From positions 2,146 through 66,145 of the forward strand of contig JAUNFS010000003.1 of assembly GCA_030524925.1 (NCBI GenBank): a stretch of 64,000 bases of DNA. The letters run 5' to 3'. Positions 33,739-44,252 of this stretch are shown here, piece by piece; position 1 is the first letter of the stretch; each line of letters opens with the position of its first letter. This DNA is from a bacterium. Its GTDB lineage: Bacteria; Bacillota_I; Bacilli_A; RF39; UBA660. Position numbers and translations under genes: made by a program. The notes under the pieces were generated by a model. It ran no database searches. It was not told the DNA's origin and saw nothing but the letters and a program-made list of their open reading frames with translations.

Positions 33739-34698
33739 TTATTCGTAAACTTTATTAAAATATTCTTTAATCTTGTTAGTATTAATTGTTTTTTTATTTT
33801 CAGTATTAGTCCATGGTTCTTCGTCATGAGTTAAATTAATCAAGGTTCCAGCTTCCATCTGTCCATAGCTTGATACAACTAATTCTATTATTTTTTTTAG
33901 ACCATCACATATAATACAACTTGCTTTTGGCGTAGAAATTGGGTTACGTCCTTTGTATTTTTGATAAATGGCTTCTATTACTGGGCCATACTGCCACGCA
34001 ACTATATTATCGGAATATGCTGGTTTATCATAAATCCTTAGGGTTAATCCCTGTATATAATATAATAATTTTTGAAGTTTTAATGGCGTAATGTATTCTG
34101 CTTTAGCACAGTTATCTTCTATTCCATATTTTTTGCTAACGTTATCTATTTGTGTGTTATATTCAATAATTAACCAATTAGCAACATTGTCAACTGTTTC
34201 TGTTTTGAAATCCAAATTAATATAGTCATTAATATTAAAATTCGCAATTTTATGATGTTTTAATTTTTTTAAGGCAATAACTTTATTTAGAAATTTATTA
34301 AAGTCATTATTTGATAAATTATTTTGATTTTTAATAAGTAAATTATACATTATATCAGGATCTTCACTTAATTTAATAATTGAATCAACTGATTCGGTTT
34401 GAATAGAACCATTTTCAAAACGATGAATGGTAATTTCTCCAACGCCAATTGCTAAAGCAAATTCTTTTTGATTCATATCATATTTTTTTCTTATATCTTT
34501 TATTTCTGATGATGTTAATAAATTCACTTGCTTTTTATAGAGATCATATAACCTCGTATCATTTTCAATTTCAATATTTCTATCAAATATTTCTTCACCT
34601 GTTACTGGGTCAATTTTGTAATATTCTTCAAATTCTATATTGATACCCTTAACATTTGCTTCTACTTTTCTTATTTTAACATTTTCTCTTTTATCCAT
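33739..34698 (-). CDS. antitoxin: MqsA-like N-terminal/HTH region fused to a Panacea (DUF4065/SocA) domain
   Basis: IRKKYDMNQKEFALAIGVGEITIHRFENGSIQTESVDSIIKL aligns by eye to the MqsA HTH. LKLQKLLYYIQG...AWQYGPVIEAIYQKYKG is the DUF4065 core. Confidence 0.65.
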   Translation of the reverse strand: MDKRENVKIRKVEANVKGINIEFEEYYKIDPVTGEEIFDRNIEIENDTRLYDLYKKQVNLLTSSEIKDIRKKYDMNQKEFALAIGVGEITIHRFENGSIQTESVDSIIKLSEDPDIMYNLLIKNQNNLSNNDFNKFLNKVIALKKLKHHKIANFNINDYINLDFKTETVDNVANWLIIEYNTQIDNVSKKYGIEDNCAKAEYITPLKLQKLLYYIQGLTLRIYDKPAYSDNIVAWQYGPVIEAIYQKYKGRNPISTPKASCIICDGLKKIIELVVSSYGQMEAGTLINLTHDEEPWTNTENKKTINTNKIKEYFNKVYE

Positions 34699-34709
34699 AA
34701 CTATTCCTC

Positions 34710-35018
34710 CTAAGTTTCATCCTCGTGACAAGATAAAATTTTAATTTGATTATTTTTATATTTTAACTTAATATAAAAAATAACATCTGGTTTTATCTCC
34801 TTTTTAAAGATGAATAATTCCTCCCCTGGGTAATCACGATCTGGTTCTGGACCTTTAAATAAATCTTCTACTTCTAAACTTGCAATATAATCTTCAATAT
34901 CATATTGTGATAGTCCGTATTTTCGCTTAGAATTTTTATTTTTTTCTGTTGGAACCAAATCATAATTCTTAAATTCTATGGATGATTTTATTTTTGCTAT
35001 TATTTCTGATACATCCAA
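34710..35018 (-). CDS. MqsR-like toxin (102 aa)
   Basis: YGLSQYDIEDYIASLEVEDLFKG...VIFYIKLKYKNNQIKILSCHEDE parallels E. coli MqsR LGLDFDGMCNVIIGLSESDFYKS...QVYLKITVIHDVLIVSFKEK. The toxin gene comes first, as in mqsRA. Confidence 0.6.
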   Translation of the reverse strand: MDVSEIIAKIKSSIEFKNYDLVPTEKNKNSKRKYGLSQYDIEDYIASLEVEDLFKGPEPDRDYPGEELFIFKKEIKPDVIFYIKLKYKNNQIKILSCHEDET

Positions 35019-35150
35019 TTTTAATCACCAATAATATTATACATTGTTTTTGCTAAATTATCAATTGATAATTTAAAATTTATATTACATTCTATTTTAT
35101 GCTTTGTCAAGCTATTAATATACACTTTTTCCATATAATAAAAAAGAGGC

Positions 35151-35768
35151 CTAACCTCTTAATATTTCTATGCTTTTTTCATAGTCGTTAGATTCACAGA
35201 TGAATGAGCCACTGATGGCCATATCAGCTTTTTTTACTAGTTTGATTGTTTCAGCATTGATTCCACCATCTACTGCTAGAATGTAATCGCCAAGGTTATT
35301 TAGCTTATCTATTTTCTTGGTCATTTCTTCTATAAAGGTTTGGCCACCTTTTCCTGGATGGACAGTCATTATTAGAACTTCATCTATTCTATCTAAATAT
35401 GGTTTTATTTTTTCTACACTGGTTTCAGGATTAAGACTGATACCAGCTTTGATTCCATAAGAATGAATTAAGTCAATAATTTCATTTACTTTATCGGTTG
35501 CTTCTACATGGAATGTAATGCATTTAACATTTAAGTGAGCTAGGCCTTCAATATAACTTTCAGGATTTAGCACCATTAAATGAATATCTAAAAGTTTACT
35601 TGTATGTTTTGCTAGGTTTACAATGTCTTCCACACTGTAATTTTTTTGACCAGCAAATTTTCCATCCATGATATCTACGTGCAAGTAGTCAGCACTTGTT
35701 TCATCTATTTTTTGAATTGTTGTGATATCGTCATATTTACTTTTAATAAAAGAAACTGCTATTTTCAT
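35151..35768 (-). CDS. rpe: ribulose-phosphate 3-epimerase
   Basis: LHVDIMDGKF, HLMV, HVE, MTVHPGKGGQ, DGGIN. Confidence 0.85.
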   Translation of the reverse strand: MKIAVSFIKSKYDDITTIQKIDETSADYLHVDIMDGKFAGQKNYSVEDIVNLAKHTSKLLDIHLMVLNPESYIEGLAHLNVKCITFHVEATDKVNEIIDLIHSYGIKAGISLNPETSVEKIKPYLDRIDEVLIMTVHPGKGGQTFIEEMTKKIDKLNNLGDYILAVDGGINAETIKLVKKADMAISGSFICESNDYEKSIEILRG

Positions 35769-36607
35769 AATTCCCCCATAAATTTTAAATAATTTTCGTA
35801 TCTTGATTTTAATATTTTACCTGAGTTAACCATTTTCTTTACCTCACAGTTTTTCTCATTTTGATGATTACAGTCTTTGTATTCACAGTTTAAGTTAAAC
35901 TCTATAAAAGTATTTTTTAGTTCTTTTTTAGGTATTTTATTTAGTTCTAGAGCACTAAATCCTGGAGTATCAGCAATTAGTGAGGTTTTATATTTAAATA
36001 GTTCTACGTGCCTTGTTGTATGTTTTCCTCGGCCTAGAGCTTTGCTAATTTCATTGGTTTCAAGATTTAAATTAGGATTTAGTTTGTTAAGTAGTGTACT
36101 TTTTCCTGCTCCTGTTTGCCCAGTTAGAACGACAATTTTATGGGCTATCATTTTAGTTAACTTTGATAATTTTTTATTGGTTGTTACTTTTATACCAATT
36201 TTTTCGTAGTATTTCATTATTTTCTTTAGTTCTCTTTTTTCTTTAAATGATAAAAGATCGGTTTTAGTAAAGCAAATTATTGGCTCTATTTTTTCATAGA
36301 TAACATTTGATAACATTTTATCTAGTAAGTTAAGTGAAAGGTCTGGTTTTTTTACACTTGTTACAATGATGCAACTATCAACATTACTAATTAGAGGCCT
36401 AGCAAGTTCGTTTTTTCTAGGCTTAATTTTAAGAATATATTTATTTTCAGGGTCTATCTCTACAATATCCCCAACGATTGGGGATATTTTTTCGTGATAG
36501 AACTTACCTCTTGGTTTACAATCATATAGATTGCCATTTGCTTCTACTGTAACTAAGTTACTAATTATTTTAACTATTGTTCCTTCCATATTACTCATCC
36601 ACAGCAT
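35765..36607 (-). CDS. rsgA: ribosome small-subunit-dependent GTPase A
   Basis: NVDSCIIV, FTKTDL, GQTGAGKSTLLN, zinc knuckle C..CNHQNEKNCEV. The start is probably one of the internal Met at 36598/36589. Confidence 0.85.
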   Translation of the reverse strand: MLWMSNMEGTIVKIISNLVTVEANGNLYDCKPRGKFYHEKISPIVGDIVEIDPENKYILKIKPRKNELARPLISNVDSCIIVTSVKKPDLSLNLLDKMLSNVIYEKIEPIICFTKTDLLSFKEKRELKKIMKYYEKIGIKVTTNKKLSKLTKMIAHKIVVLTGQTGAGKSTLLNKLNPNLNLETNEISKALGRGKHTTRHVELFKYKTSLIADTPGFSALELNKIPKKELKNTFIEFNLNCEYKDCNHQNEKNCEVKKMVNSGKILKSRYENYLKFMGEL

Positions 36608-38318
36608 CTGGATCTAGAGCTTCAGCAATAATTATTTTTAAAGTCATATTACTAATTATTGAGGAACCTGCTAGTCTTGATTGACTGATAATTGCTCCTT
36701 GTTCATATTCATCAGTTGATTTATATTCTACTTGTAGTTCTAATTTATATTTTTCACAGAAGGCTTCAATATCTTTTAAACTGTAGCTTCCATTAGTAAA
36801 GTCTGGGTATGTATCGGTAATATCTGGAACGTATAATGTTATAGTATCTCCTTCTTTTACCTCACTGCCAGCAGCAGGTTCTTGACGAATTATTTCATCT
36901 TTTTCGTAGTTGTCACCATTTTTAACTTCTTCAGTCTTTTGGATAACAAATAGTTTATGAACTTGTTCTAAGATTGTTTTAGTTTCAATATAGTTTTTAC
37001 CTGTATAATCTTCTAAGGTAATTGTACCACTACCGATTGATTCATATAATACTACCTCAGAACCTTTTTTTACAGTTCTTCCTTTACTTGGACTTGTTTT
37101 AACTATTTTACCTTTTTCTACAGTATCACTTGTTGTTGTTTTGTTTTCAGCACTAATTCTTAGTCCTAATTTTGTTAGCTCGTCTATTGCTTCATCTACA
37201 GTCATATTGGTTACATCTGGAACTACTAAATCTTTTGATGATGTAAGTTTAGGAATTAGTAAGACTACAGATGTAGTGATAACTACTAGAGCTGCAAATA
37301 TAAATGCTAGGACTACTAGAGTTTTATTTTCTTTTTTATGAGAATCTATATCTTTTTCAGTTATTTTTTTCACATCAACAACTTCTTTCTTTACAGTTTT
37401 TTCTTCAGGTAAAGATTTGGTTATAACTTTTTCTTTCTTTTCTTTTTCATCATATTCAGGATAGTTATATACGTATTTTGGTTCATTTGCTCTTGATTTA
37501 TCCAAGCAAGTTTTTAGGTCTTCGTGCATTTCTCTGGCATCGGCATATCTATTCTTAGGATTTTTAGCACAAGCTTTTAAAATGATATTTTCTACTGGCA
37601 CTGGTATATTTGGTAATTCTTCTCTAATGCTTGGTAGTGGATCTTTTAAGTGTTTAAGTGCTATTTCTACGGCATTATCTCCTTTATATGGAAGAGTACC
37701 AGTAAGTAGTTCGTAAAATAAGATACCCATTGAGTATACATCACTTTGGATGGTTGAGCCTTTTCCTGATGCTTGCTCTGGTGGCAGATAGTGAACACTA
37801 CCCATAACGCTATTTGTTTGCGTAAGCTGGGTACTATTTAAAGCCATTGCAATACCAAAGTCAGTTATTTTTACTAAACCATTTTCTAAAATCATAATGT
37901 TTTGAGGTTTAATATCTCTATGAATAATGTAAGAGTCATGAGCACAAGCCATTCCATCAGTTACTTGAAGCATGATATCTACAGCTTCTTCAGTTGTTAG
38001 TTTACCTCTTCTTTTTAGAAGCTGTTTAAGATGTTTGCCTTCAATATATTCCATTACGATGTAGTAAATTCCATTGTCTTCACCGACGTCATAAACTTCA
38101 ACGATATTTGGATGAGATAGTGAGCTTGCACTTAGAGCTTCTCTTTGAAAACGTCTTACAAATTTTTCATCGTTTGCTAGGTCTCCTCTTAATACTTTTA
38201 CTGCAACATTTCTTTCTAAAATTGTATCAAACGCTAAGTATACGTTAGCCATTCCACCTTCACCAATAGATTTAATTATTTGGTAACGGCCGTTTATTTT
38301 TTGCCCCTTTTGTATCAT
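36591..38318 (-). CDS. prkC: Ser/Thr protein kinase with PASTA repeats
   Basis: GEGGMANVY, HRDIKPQN, DFGIA, TM, then three PASTA-like repeats. Confidence 0.9.
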   Translation of the reverse strand: MIQKGQKINGRYQIIKSIGEGGMANVYLAFDTILERNVAVKVLRGDLANDEKFVRRFQREALSASSLSHPNIVEVYDVGEDNGIYYIVMEYIEGKHLKQLLKRRGKLTTEEAVDIMLQVTDGMACAHDSYIIHRDIKPQNIMILENGLVKITDFGIAMALNSTQLTQTNSVMGSVHYLPPEQASGKGSTIQSDVYSMGILFYELLTGTLPYKGDNAVEIALKHLKDPLPSIREELPNIPVPVENIILKACAKNPKNRYADAREMHEDLKTCLDKSRANEPKYVYNYPEYDEKEKKEKVITKSLPEEKTVKKEVVDVKKITEKDIDSHKKENKTLVVLAFIFAALVVITTSVVLLIPKLTSSKDLVVPDVTNMTVDEAIDELTKLGLRISAENKTTTSDTVEKGKIVKTSPSKGRTVKKGSEVVLYESIGSGTITLEDYTGKNYIETKTILEQVHKLFVIQKTEEVKNGDNYEKDEIIRQEPAAGSEVKEGDTITLYVPDITDTYPDFTNGSYSLKDIEAFCEKYKLELQVEYKSTDEYEQGAIISQSRLAGSSIISNMTLKIIIAEALDPDAVDE

Positions 38319-39058
38319 TCTATACCACCTTCTTTAACAAGATACGCTATTGATATATTGTCTGTTCCCCCTCTTACGTTACATTTTTTGATTAGTTTAA
38401 TTAATTTTGTTTCTTCATTAAGTTCTGGATCTATTAATACTTTCTCTATTTGATCTTTTGTTAGCATGTTAGTTAGGCCATCGCTACATAATAAGACGGC
38501 ATCAACGTTTGGATCTACGTCAAAGATGTCTAGGTCTTGTTTGTCTGCGGCACCCAAAGCACGCATAAGGACATTTTTCTTTGGATGATTTTCAGCCTCA
38601 GCTGCTGATAACTCACCGCTTTCTACTAAAAGATTAACTAGAGTGTGGTCCTTAGTGATTTTATGAAGTTTATTATTTTTTAGAACGAAACCACTTGAAT
38701 CGCCAATGTTGCCAAAGATTAGAAAGTCTTTTGTTAAAAGTGCCATAACAACGGTTGTTCCAAGACCCATTGAGTCAGGATTTTCTTCGGCATATTTAAT
38801 AATATTAGTATTTATTTCGTTAATGTTTTCATTTAGCCAAGCCGCGGCGTCTAATTTTGAACCAATACTTGATAGTTCACTAAAGCGAGAGCCAATATGA
38901 GTTACGACCATTGAGGAAGCAACTTCACCAGCACGGTGTCCGCCCATGCCATCAGCGACAATCATTAAGTGCTCGCCACTAGCGTTTTTTACAATTGTTA
39001 CGGAGTCTTCATTGTGACTTCTTACTTTTCCTGTGTCTGTTAAATAAAATGATTTCAT
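38315..39058 (-). CDS. stp: PP2C-family Ser/Thr phosphatase
   Basis: RSHNEDS, ADGMGGHRAGEVAS, GGTDNIS. Overlaps prkC by 4 nt. Confidence 0.9.
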   Translation of the reverse strand: MKSFYLTDTGKVRSHNEDSVTIVKNASGEHLMIVADGMGGHRAGEVASSMVVTHIGSRFSELSSIGSKLDAAAWLNENINEINTNIIKYAEENPDSMGLGTTVVMALLTKDFLIFGNIGDSSGFVLKNNKLHKITKDHTLVNLLVESGELSAAEAENHPKKNVLMRALGAADKQDLDIFDVDPNVDAVLLCSDGLTNMLTKDQIEKVLIDPELNEETKLIKLIKKCNVRGGTDNISIAYLVKEGGIE

Positions 39059-40072
39059 CTACTTCACCTCTTTTGCTCTTAATTGTCCACATGCTGCGTC
39101 TATGTTTCCACCAAATTCTCTTCTAACAGTTACATTTATTCCGCATTTTTTTAATGTATCATAAAAATTATTTATATTATCACTTCTTTTAAATTCTAAA
39201 TGACTAGTTTCATTATATGGAATTAGATTAACATAAACATTCATTCCTTTAAGTAGGTGTGCTAGTTCTAATGCATTTTTATTACTATCATTTACATTAT
39301 TAAGCATAACATACTCTATGGTTACTCGTCTATTAGTTTTTGCAATATATTCTTTTAAAACGTTAACTAAATCGTCAAGTGGATAGGCATTACTTATAGG
39401 CATTATTTGTTTTCTAAGTTCGTTATTTGTTGCATGCAAGCTAATTGCCAGATTGACTTGTAGTGGCAATATCATAAACTCTTTGATTTTAGGGATGATT
39501 CCGCAAGTACTAATGGTTATGTGTCTTGCGCCAATTGCTAAGCCATAAGAGTTATTGATGATTTTAACAAACTTGATAATGTTATCGTAGTTATCAAACG
39601 GCTCACCAATTCCCATGATGACAACGCTTGAAATTCTTTCGTTTATATCATTTGAGACTAGAATAATTTGACTAATGATTTCGCCAGCTTCTAGGTTTCT
39701 TACTTTTTTAAGTCTACCACTTTCACAAAAGGCACAGCCCATATTACAACCAACTTGACTAGATACACATATTGAAAGGCCATAGTCGTGTCTCATTAGA
39801 ACGGCTTCTATGAAGTTGCCGTCAAACAGTTCAAATAAGTATTTGTTTGTTAGTTTACTTTCTTGTTTTTTTAATATTTTAATATTTGGAAATGTAAAGT
39901 TTTCTTCTAGTTTTGATATTAAATCTTTACCTAAGTTAGTCATCTCCTTAAATGATGAGACTTTTTTTTGGTATAGCCACTCCCATATTTGGCGAGTACG
40001 ATATTTTTTTTCGCCTAATTCTATTAATTTATTTTCTAATTCTTGATAATCATAATTATATATATTTTGCAT
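39059..40072 (-). CDS. rlmN: 23S rRNA/tRNA m2A methyltransferase RlmN (radical SAM)
   Basis: KYRTRQIWEWLY, GCNMGCAFC, MGIGEP, C-terminal AACGQL. Confidence 0.9.
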   Translation of the reverse strand: MQNIYNYDYQELENKLIELGEKKYRTRQIWEWLYQKKVSSFKEMTNLGKDLISKLEENFTFPNIKILKKQESKLTNKYLFELFDGNFIEAVLMRHDYGLSICVSSQVGCNMGCAFCESGRLKKVRNLEAGEIISQIILVSNDINERISSVVIMGIGEPFDNYDNIIKFVKIINNSYGLAIGARHITISTCGIIPKIKEFMILPLQVNLAISLHATNNELRKQIMPISNAYPLDDLVNVLKEYIAKTNRRVTIEYVMLNNVNDSNKNALELAHLLKGMNVYVNLIPYNETSHLEFKRSDNINNFYDTLKKCGINVTVRREFGGNIDAACGQLRAKEVK

Positions 40073-40119
40073 TAATGCACCCCACTTAATTATATAGCAA
40101 AAAAGACTTATTTAAAAGT

Positions 40120-41364
40120 CTATTTCTTTGTTACTACTTTATTTGTTTCGGAATTTATTCTTTCAATAGTGCCGTATTCTTCGTTTTCAGTTGGCAACTT
40201 TTTATTTCTTAGTCTATTGATGATTTTGTTATCTAAATAGCCGTAGATAAGAGCAAATACTGGTACTGCTACTAACATGCCTACGATACCAAAGGCGTTA
40301 CCGAATAGTAAGATTGATGCTAGGACCCAGAAACTTTTTAGACCAGTTCTTGAGCCACATAGTCTTGGTTCAATTAGGTAACTATCTACTTGTTGTAAGG
40401 CAATGATAAATAGAACAAATACTAAACACTTAGCTGGACTATCCATAAGAATTAATAAGGCACTTGGAATGGTACCAATGTATGGACCAAAGTATGGAAT
40501 CATATTAGTTACACCAATTAAGACACCAATTAATAATGAGTATGGATAACCAAAGATTGTTAAGAAAACAAAGGTTATAAAACCGATTACAGCGCCATCA
40601 AGAAGTTTACCAATGATAAAGTTACCGAAGATATAGTCTGTATGTCTAGCATTTTCAATTACTTTATTAGCACTTTTTACTGGTAAAACTGCATAGGTTA
40701 ATCTCTTAGTTCCATTAATAAAGCATTCTTTATCAGCAAGATAATAGATAGAAATTACAAAGCCCATAACAATATTAAAGATAACTTTAACAGCGCCAAA
40801 GACACCGTCAGAAAGTACTACTAACCACTCTTCTACTTGTGGTAAAAGTTTAGTATTTAAAATGTTAGTTAGATAGTTATTGATTGCATCATAGTTATTT
40901 AGTACGATTTTTTGAATTTCTTCATGGTCTTTTAATCTAGCAAGTAAATAATTTTTAGCTTCATTAATATAGCTTGGCATATTAAGACCAATTTTTTCAA
41001 TACTCTTTAATAGTTCTGGTAAGATAAAACTAAATAGTAAAATAATTATTCCTAAGAAAATTATGATTGTTACAAAGATACTTATGTTATTCACTAATTT
41101 GTTTTTCTTATCTTCTTTTAGTTTAGAGTTTTTAAAACATTTAGATATTACTTTTTTATTAAAGAAGTTAACTATTGGATTTAAGAGATATGCAAAGATG
41201 AAGCCAATAATAAATGGTGTAAAGAAACCAATAAAGGCTTTTAAGTATGCATAGATAAGTCCTAGTTTAAATATTAAAAAATAGAATACGATAGCTGCAG
41301 CTATAACGATAAAAGCAGTTAAACCAATTTGAAAGTATTTATTTTCTTTTAGATTTTTTCTCAT
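40120..41364 (-). CDS. AI-2E family (PerM/UPF0118) transporter
   Basis: 8 TM. NMIPYFGPYIGTIP and QQVDSYLIEPRL motifs. Confidence 0.75.
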   Translation of the reverse strand: MRKNLKENKYFQIGLTAFIVIAAAIVFYFLIFKLGLIYAYLKAFIGFFTPFIIGFIFAYLLNPIVNFFNKKVISKCFKNSKLKEDKKNKLVNNISIFVTIIIFLGIIILLFSFILPELLKSIEKIGLNMPSYINEAKNYLLARLKDHEEIQKIVLNNYDAINNYLTNILNTKLLPQVEEWLVVLSDGVFGAVKVIFNIVMGFVISIYYLADKECFINGTKRLTYAVLPVKSANKVIENARHTDYIFGNFIIGKLLDGAVIGFITFVFLTIFGYPYSLLIGVLIGVTNMIPYFGPYIGTIPSALLILMDSPAKCLVFVLFIIALQQVDSYLIEPRLCGSRTGLKSFWVLASILLFGNAFGIVGMLVAVPVFALIYGYLDNKIINRLRNKKLPTENEEYGTIERINSETNKVVTKK

Positions 41365-42103
41365 TTTTCTTTTCCTCTCCTAACCTTTGTAATAGTGGTT
41401 CTTTTTTAGTTTTTTGATAATATTCGGTGTCAAATAAAGCAAAGAGTAAATCATCTTTTTTCTTAAGTTGGTACTCTTTGGCTTTTAGGCCTTGCTCTTT
41501 GGCTTTTTTGATTTCACTTTTGTTTCTTGAACGGTAATCTGCTGCTACCATGATATCACAGCCAGCACAAACTGATGCAAGAATAGAAATAACTGCTTCT
41601 TTATGTTTTATTATATATGTAAAAAGATTAATTAATTCATTACCTATTTTAGTTGTTTCATTAAATAGTAAAATAATGTCTTCTGAATACAGTGTGAAGA
41701 AACCAAAGACGATTGCAATGCCAAAAATCCAGGTTTTGAATTTTCCTAAGAATGAACTTTCGGTTGAGCCACCATTTGCAGCTCCATTAGTATTTATTAA
41801 ACAAATAAGGGTTTCGGTTATAATTGGCAAAAACATTATTGGATAACTAAAAGCTAGAACTGCTAGAGTTGCTATACCTAAAAGTTTATCGGCAACTGCA
41901 TCTAGAAGAGCGCCAAATGTTGTGCAAGCATTTAATCTTCTAGCCATAATGCCGTCTATGCTGTCTGTTAATAGTAAAATGATAATATAAAATATAACTT
42001 CACTAGGAGTCATTATCATACTTACAAATGGCATAATTAATGTACCAATAACTCTAACCATTGTTATAGAATTAACAAAGATCTTAGCTTTCATATTCTT
42101 CAT
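41339..42103 (-). CDS. CDP-alcohol phosphatidyltransferase family protein
   Basis: DSIDGIMARRLNACTTFGALLDAVADK = D(x2)DG(x2)AR(x8)G(x3)D(x3)D. Confidence 0.75.
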   Translation of the reverse strand: MKNMKAKIFVNSITMVRVIGTLIMPFVSMIMTPSEVIFYIIILLLTDSIDGIMARRLNACTTFGALLDAVADKLLGIATLAVLAFSYPIMFLPIITETLICLINTNGAANGGSTESSFLGKFKTWIFGIAIVFGFFTLYSEDIILLFNETTKIGNELINLFTYIIKHKEAVISILASVCAGCDIMVAADYRSRNKSEIKKAKEQGLKAKEYQLKKKDDLLFALFDTEYYQKTKKEPLLQRLGEEKKNEKKSKRK

Positions 42104-42181
42104 AGTTTACCTCACGATATAATTGTACTAAAAAAAAAGAAAAAAGTCTACGATGTATGGTAGACTTTGTAATTAATTTGA

Positions 42182-44197
42182 TTAGACAGCGATTTTGTAT
42201 GGGTCGGTTGCTGTACCGGTACCTGATGATATTTTGATATTTGAAACAAGTGAGATTGATGGTCTAATATATGCTTGGTCTAACTCATCATGTGTTCCAA
42301 AATCATATAATCCATCTGATTCTATTAGCCATGTTCTGGCAACTCCATAAGCATATGAATGTGGAGATAATAACCACCAATCTTTTAATGCATTTTGATA
42401 TAAATAATATGAACTATTTGGTCTACGCGCTGCACCTCCAGCAAATGTAATTTCGTCTATAGTTAAAAGTCCAATTTTTTTAGACAAATCTCCATTACCG
42501 TTAATGGTATCGCTTACGGTAAATTTTGACAAATTTCCTCCTAGATTATCATTTGGACAGATTAAACTTGGTTCACCGGCTGATATTCTTATAGCTGGTG
42601 CATATGATGTCGTGTTTTCTCCATATCCTAACGAAATCGTATTTTCGGTTTTTTTATCATTACACCATATGGTATCAGCCAATTGGTCATCATTAAAGCC
42701 GCTTTGTTTAGAAAGTACATTATCGTACCATTCTTCTAAATTTATTAATATTGTACTTTTGTTAATATTGGCGTGCGCTTCTAAATATGATGAAGAATTC
42801 TTCCAAGTGCCGCCCGCTTCTAAGCAAGCTTTTTCACGCAAAGAAATTCCATCTGAACATCCAATATTACCATACATCAACCCTTCGTGTGCATTGTCCG
42901 CTCCGAATCTGTTAAAGTATACACTATTATATGTTTGATTATAACTTACAAAACTTAATTCAGCACCTGTCTCATTGCATGGTGTTTTACTTGCTACATT
43001 AAAACCGTTTTCAGTTAATCCATTATAATTATATAAGACTAATTTTATGGAACCGTCGCCAGTTACTCTTACTATTCGCCAACACATATTTGCATACTCA
43101 ACGTAATTATTTTCTACTGCGCCTCTAAAATAATAACTCGTGCCATAATCGTCTTGCGTGCTAGAAAGAATTTTTTCTGTAACATTTTTAGTTGAAGACA
43201 ATACCTTATATGTAAATTCATTTGCTGTAGCACTTACTATATAATATATTTTGTTTAAATTAGTAGTATTTTTCAATACGGTAGAGGTACTAGATCCAGA
43301 GTAGTTTATTGAATTAGAATTAATATATTTTCCAACTAGGGTAGCATAAGAGTTTGTGTAAGTACTTGGTGTTACTGTTACTCCTGTTAAATTAAAATTT
43401 GTGCCGTTTGATTCCCAACCAGTACCATAAGTAACATAATAGGATCTTGCTGTTGAATATACACCGCTAGTGAAAGTTCTGACACTCTCTAAAGTGTGAG
43501 CATTAACTTCTTTTCCTGGAATCGTTAAAGTATCGTTTACAGTGTTATTACTTTTGATAGCCGCAAGTAATGTCCCGTCTTCAGGGTTATCCCAGGTTGG
43601 TAACTTAGTTTCCGCTACTGCACTTACTACTACGCTACCTTTCCAGGTTTTATTTAAACCTTGTTCTACGGTTACGCTTTCATCCATCCATAGTCTTAAG
43701 TCATATTCTTTTTCTTCATTAGCTTCTAGCCAAGTTTCTTTTATTACATAACCTTGATTGCCATTATCTATTTCTTTTAAGGTTTGTTCTGTTAATATTA
43801 CTGAAGGTGCGGTTGTTTCTCCTTTTAGATTTATATTTTCTCTTATATAACTATCGCTTAAATATGATGAACTAGTACTAGTTCTGTATGTACTATCTAT
43901 TGTAACGTAGACTTTTACTGGCTTATCACAGTTATTTGTTAATTTGAAAGTAAAAGGTGTTGTTTCTAAGCCTTTTTCGTGAGTTAAAGGATAAGCTTTG
44001 TCCAAAGTTATCTTGCTTGTTTCTTCTGTTAAAGATGTACTGAAACAAGTTCTTGTTGCTAGACTATTATTTTCTGTTTGTTTTAAAAATATTGTAAATA
44101 GTGCGTATGTAAGCCCAATAAGGCAGATTACAGTCACTAATAGTGATATATATATTTTTCTTCTATTTTCTTTAGATTTGACTATATTTTCATTCAT
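42182..44197 (-). CDS. large extracellular protein with TasA/SipW-type-like N-terminal signal-anchor
   Basis: ATG 44197 follows AGGTGA. RRKIYISLLVTVICLIGLTYALFT. C-terminal ...DWWLLSP...IRPSISL...GTGTATDPYKI block. Confidence 0.55.
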   Translation of the reverse strand: MNENIVKSKENRRKIYISLLVTVICLIGLTYALFTIFLKQTENNSLATRTCFSTSLTEETSKITLDKAYPLTHEKGLETTPFTFKLTNNCDKPVKVYVTIDSTYRTSTSSSYLSDSYIRENINLKGETTAPSVILTEQTLKEIDNGNQGYVIKETWLEANEEKEYDLRLWMDESVTVEQGLNKTWKGSVVVSAVAETKLPTWDNPEDGTLLAAIKSNNTVNDTLTIPGKEVNAHTLESVRTFTSGVYSTARSYYVTYGTGWESNGTNFNLTGVTVTPSTYTNSYATLVGKYINSNSINYSGSSTSTVLKNTTNLNKIYYIVSATANEFTYKVLSSTKNVTEKILSSTQDDYGTSYYFRGAVENNYVEYANMCWRIVRVTGDGSIKLVLYNYNGLTENGFNVASKTPCNETGAELSFVSYNQTYNSVYFNRFGADNAHEGLMYGNIGCSDGISLREKACLEAGGTWKNSSSYLEAHANINKSTILINLEEWYDNVLSKQSGFNDDQLADTIWCNDKKTENTISLGYGENTTSYAPAIRISAGEPSLICPNDNLGGNLSKFTVSDTINGNGDLSKKIGLLTIDEITFAGGAARRPNSSYYLYQNALKDWWLLSPHSYAYGVARTWLIESDGLYDFGTHDELDQAYIRPSISLVSNIKISSGTGTATDPYKIAV

Positions 44198-44252
44198 AAT
44201 TCTCACCTATTTTTTCTAATAATATTCTATAATATTTTTAGATGTTGGTCAA

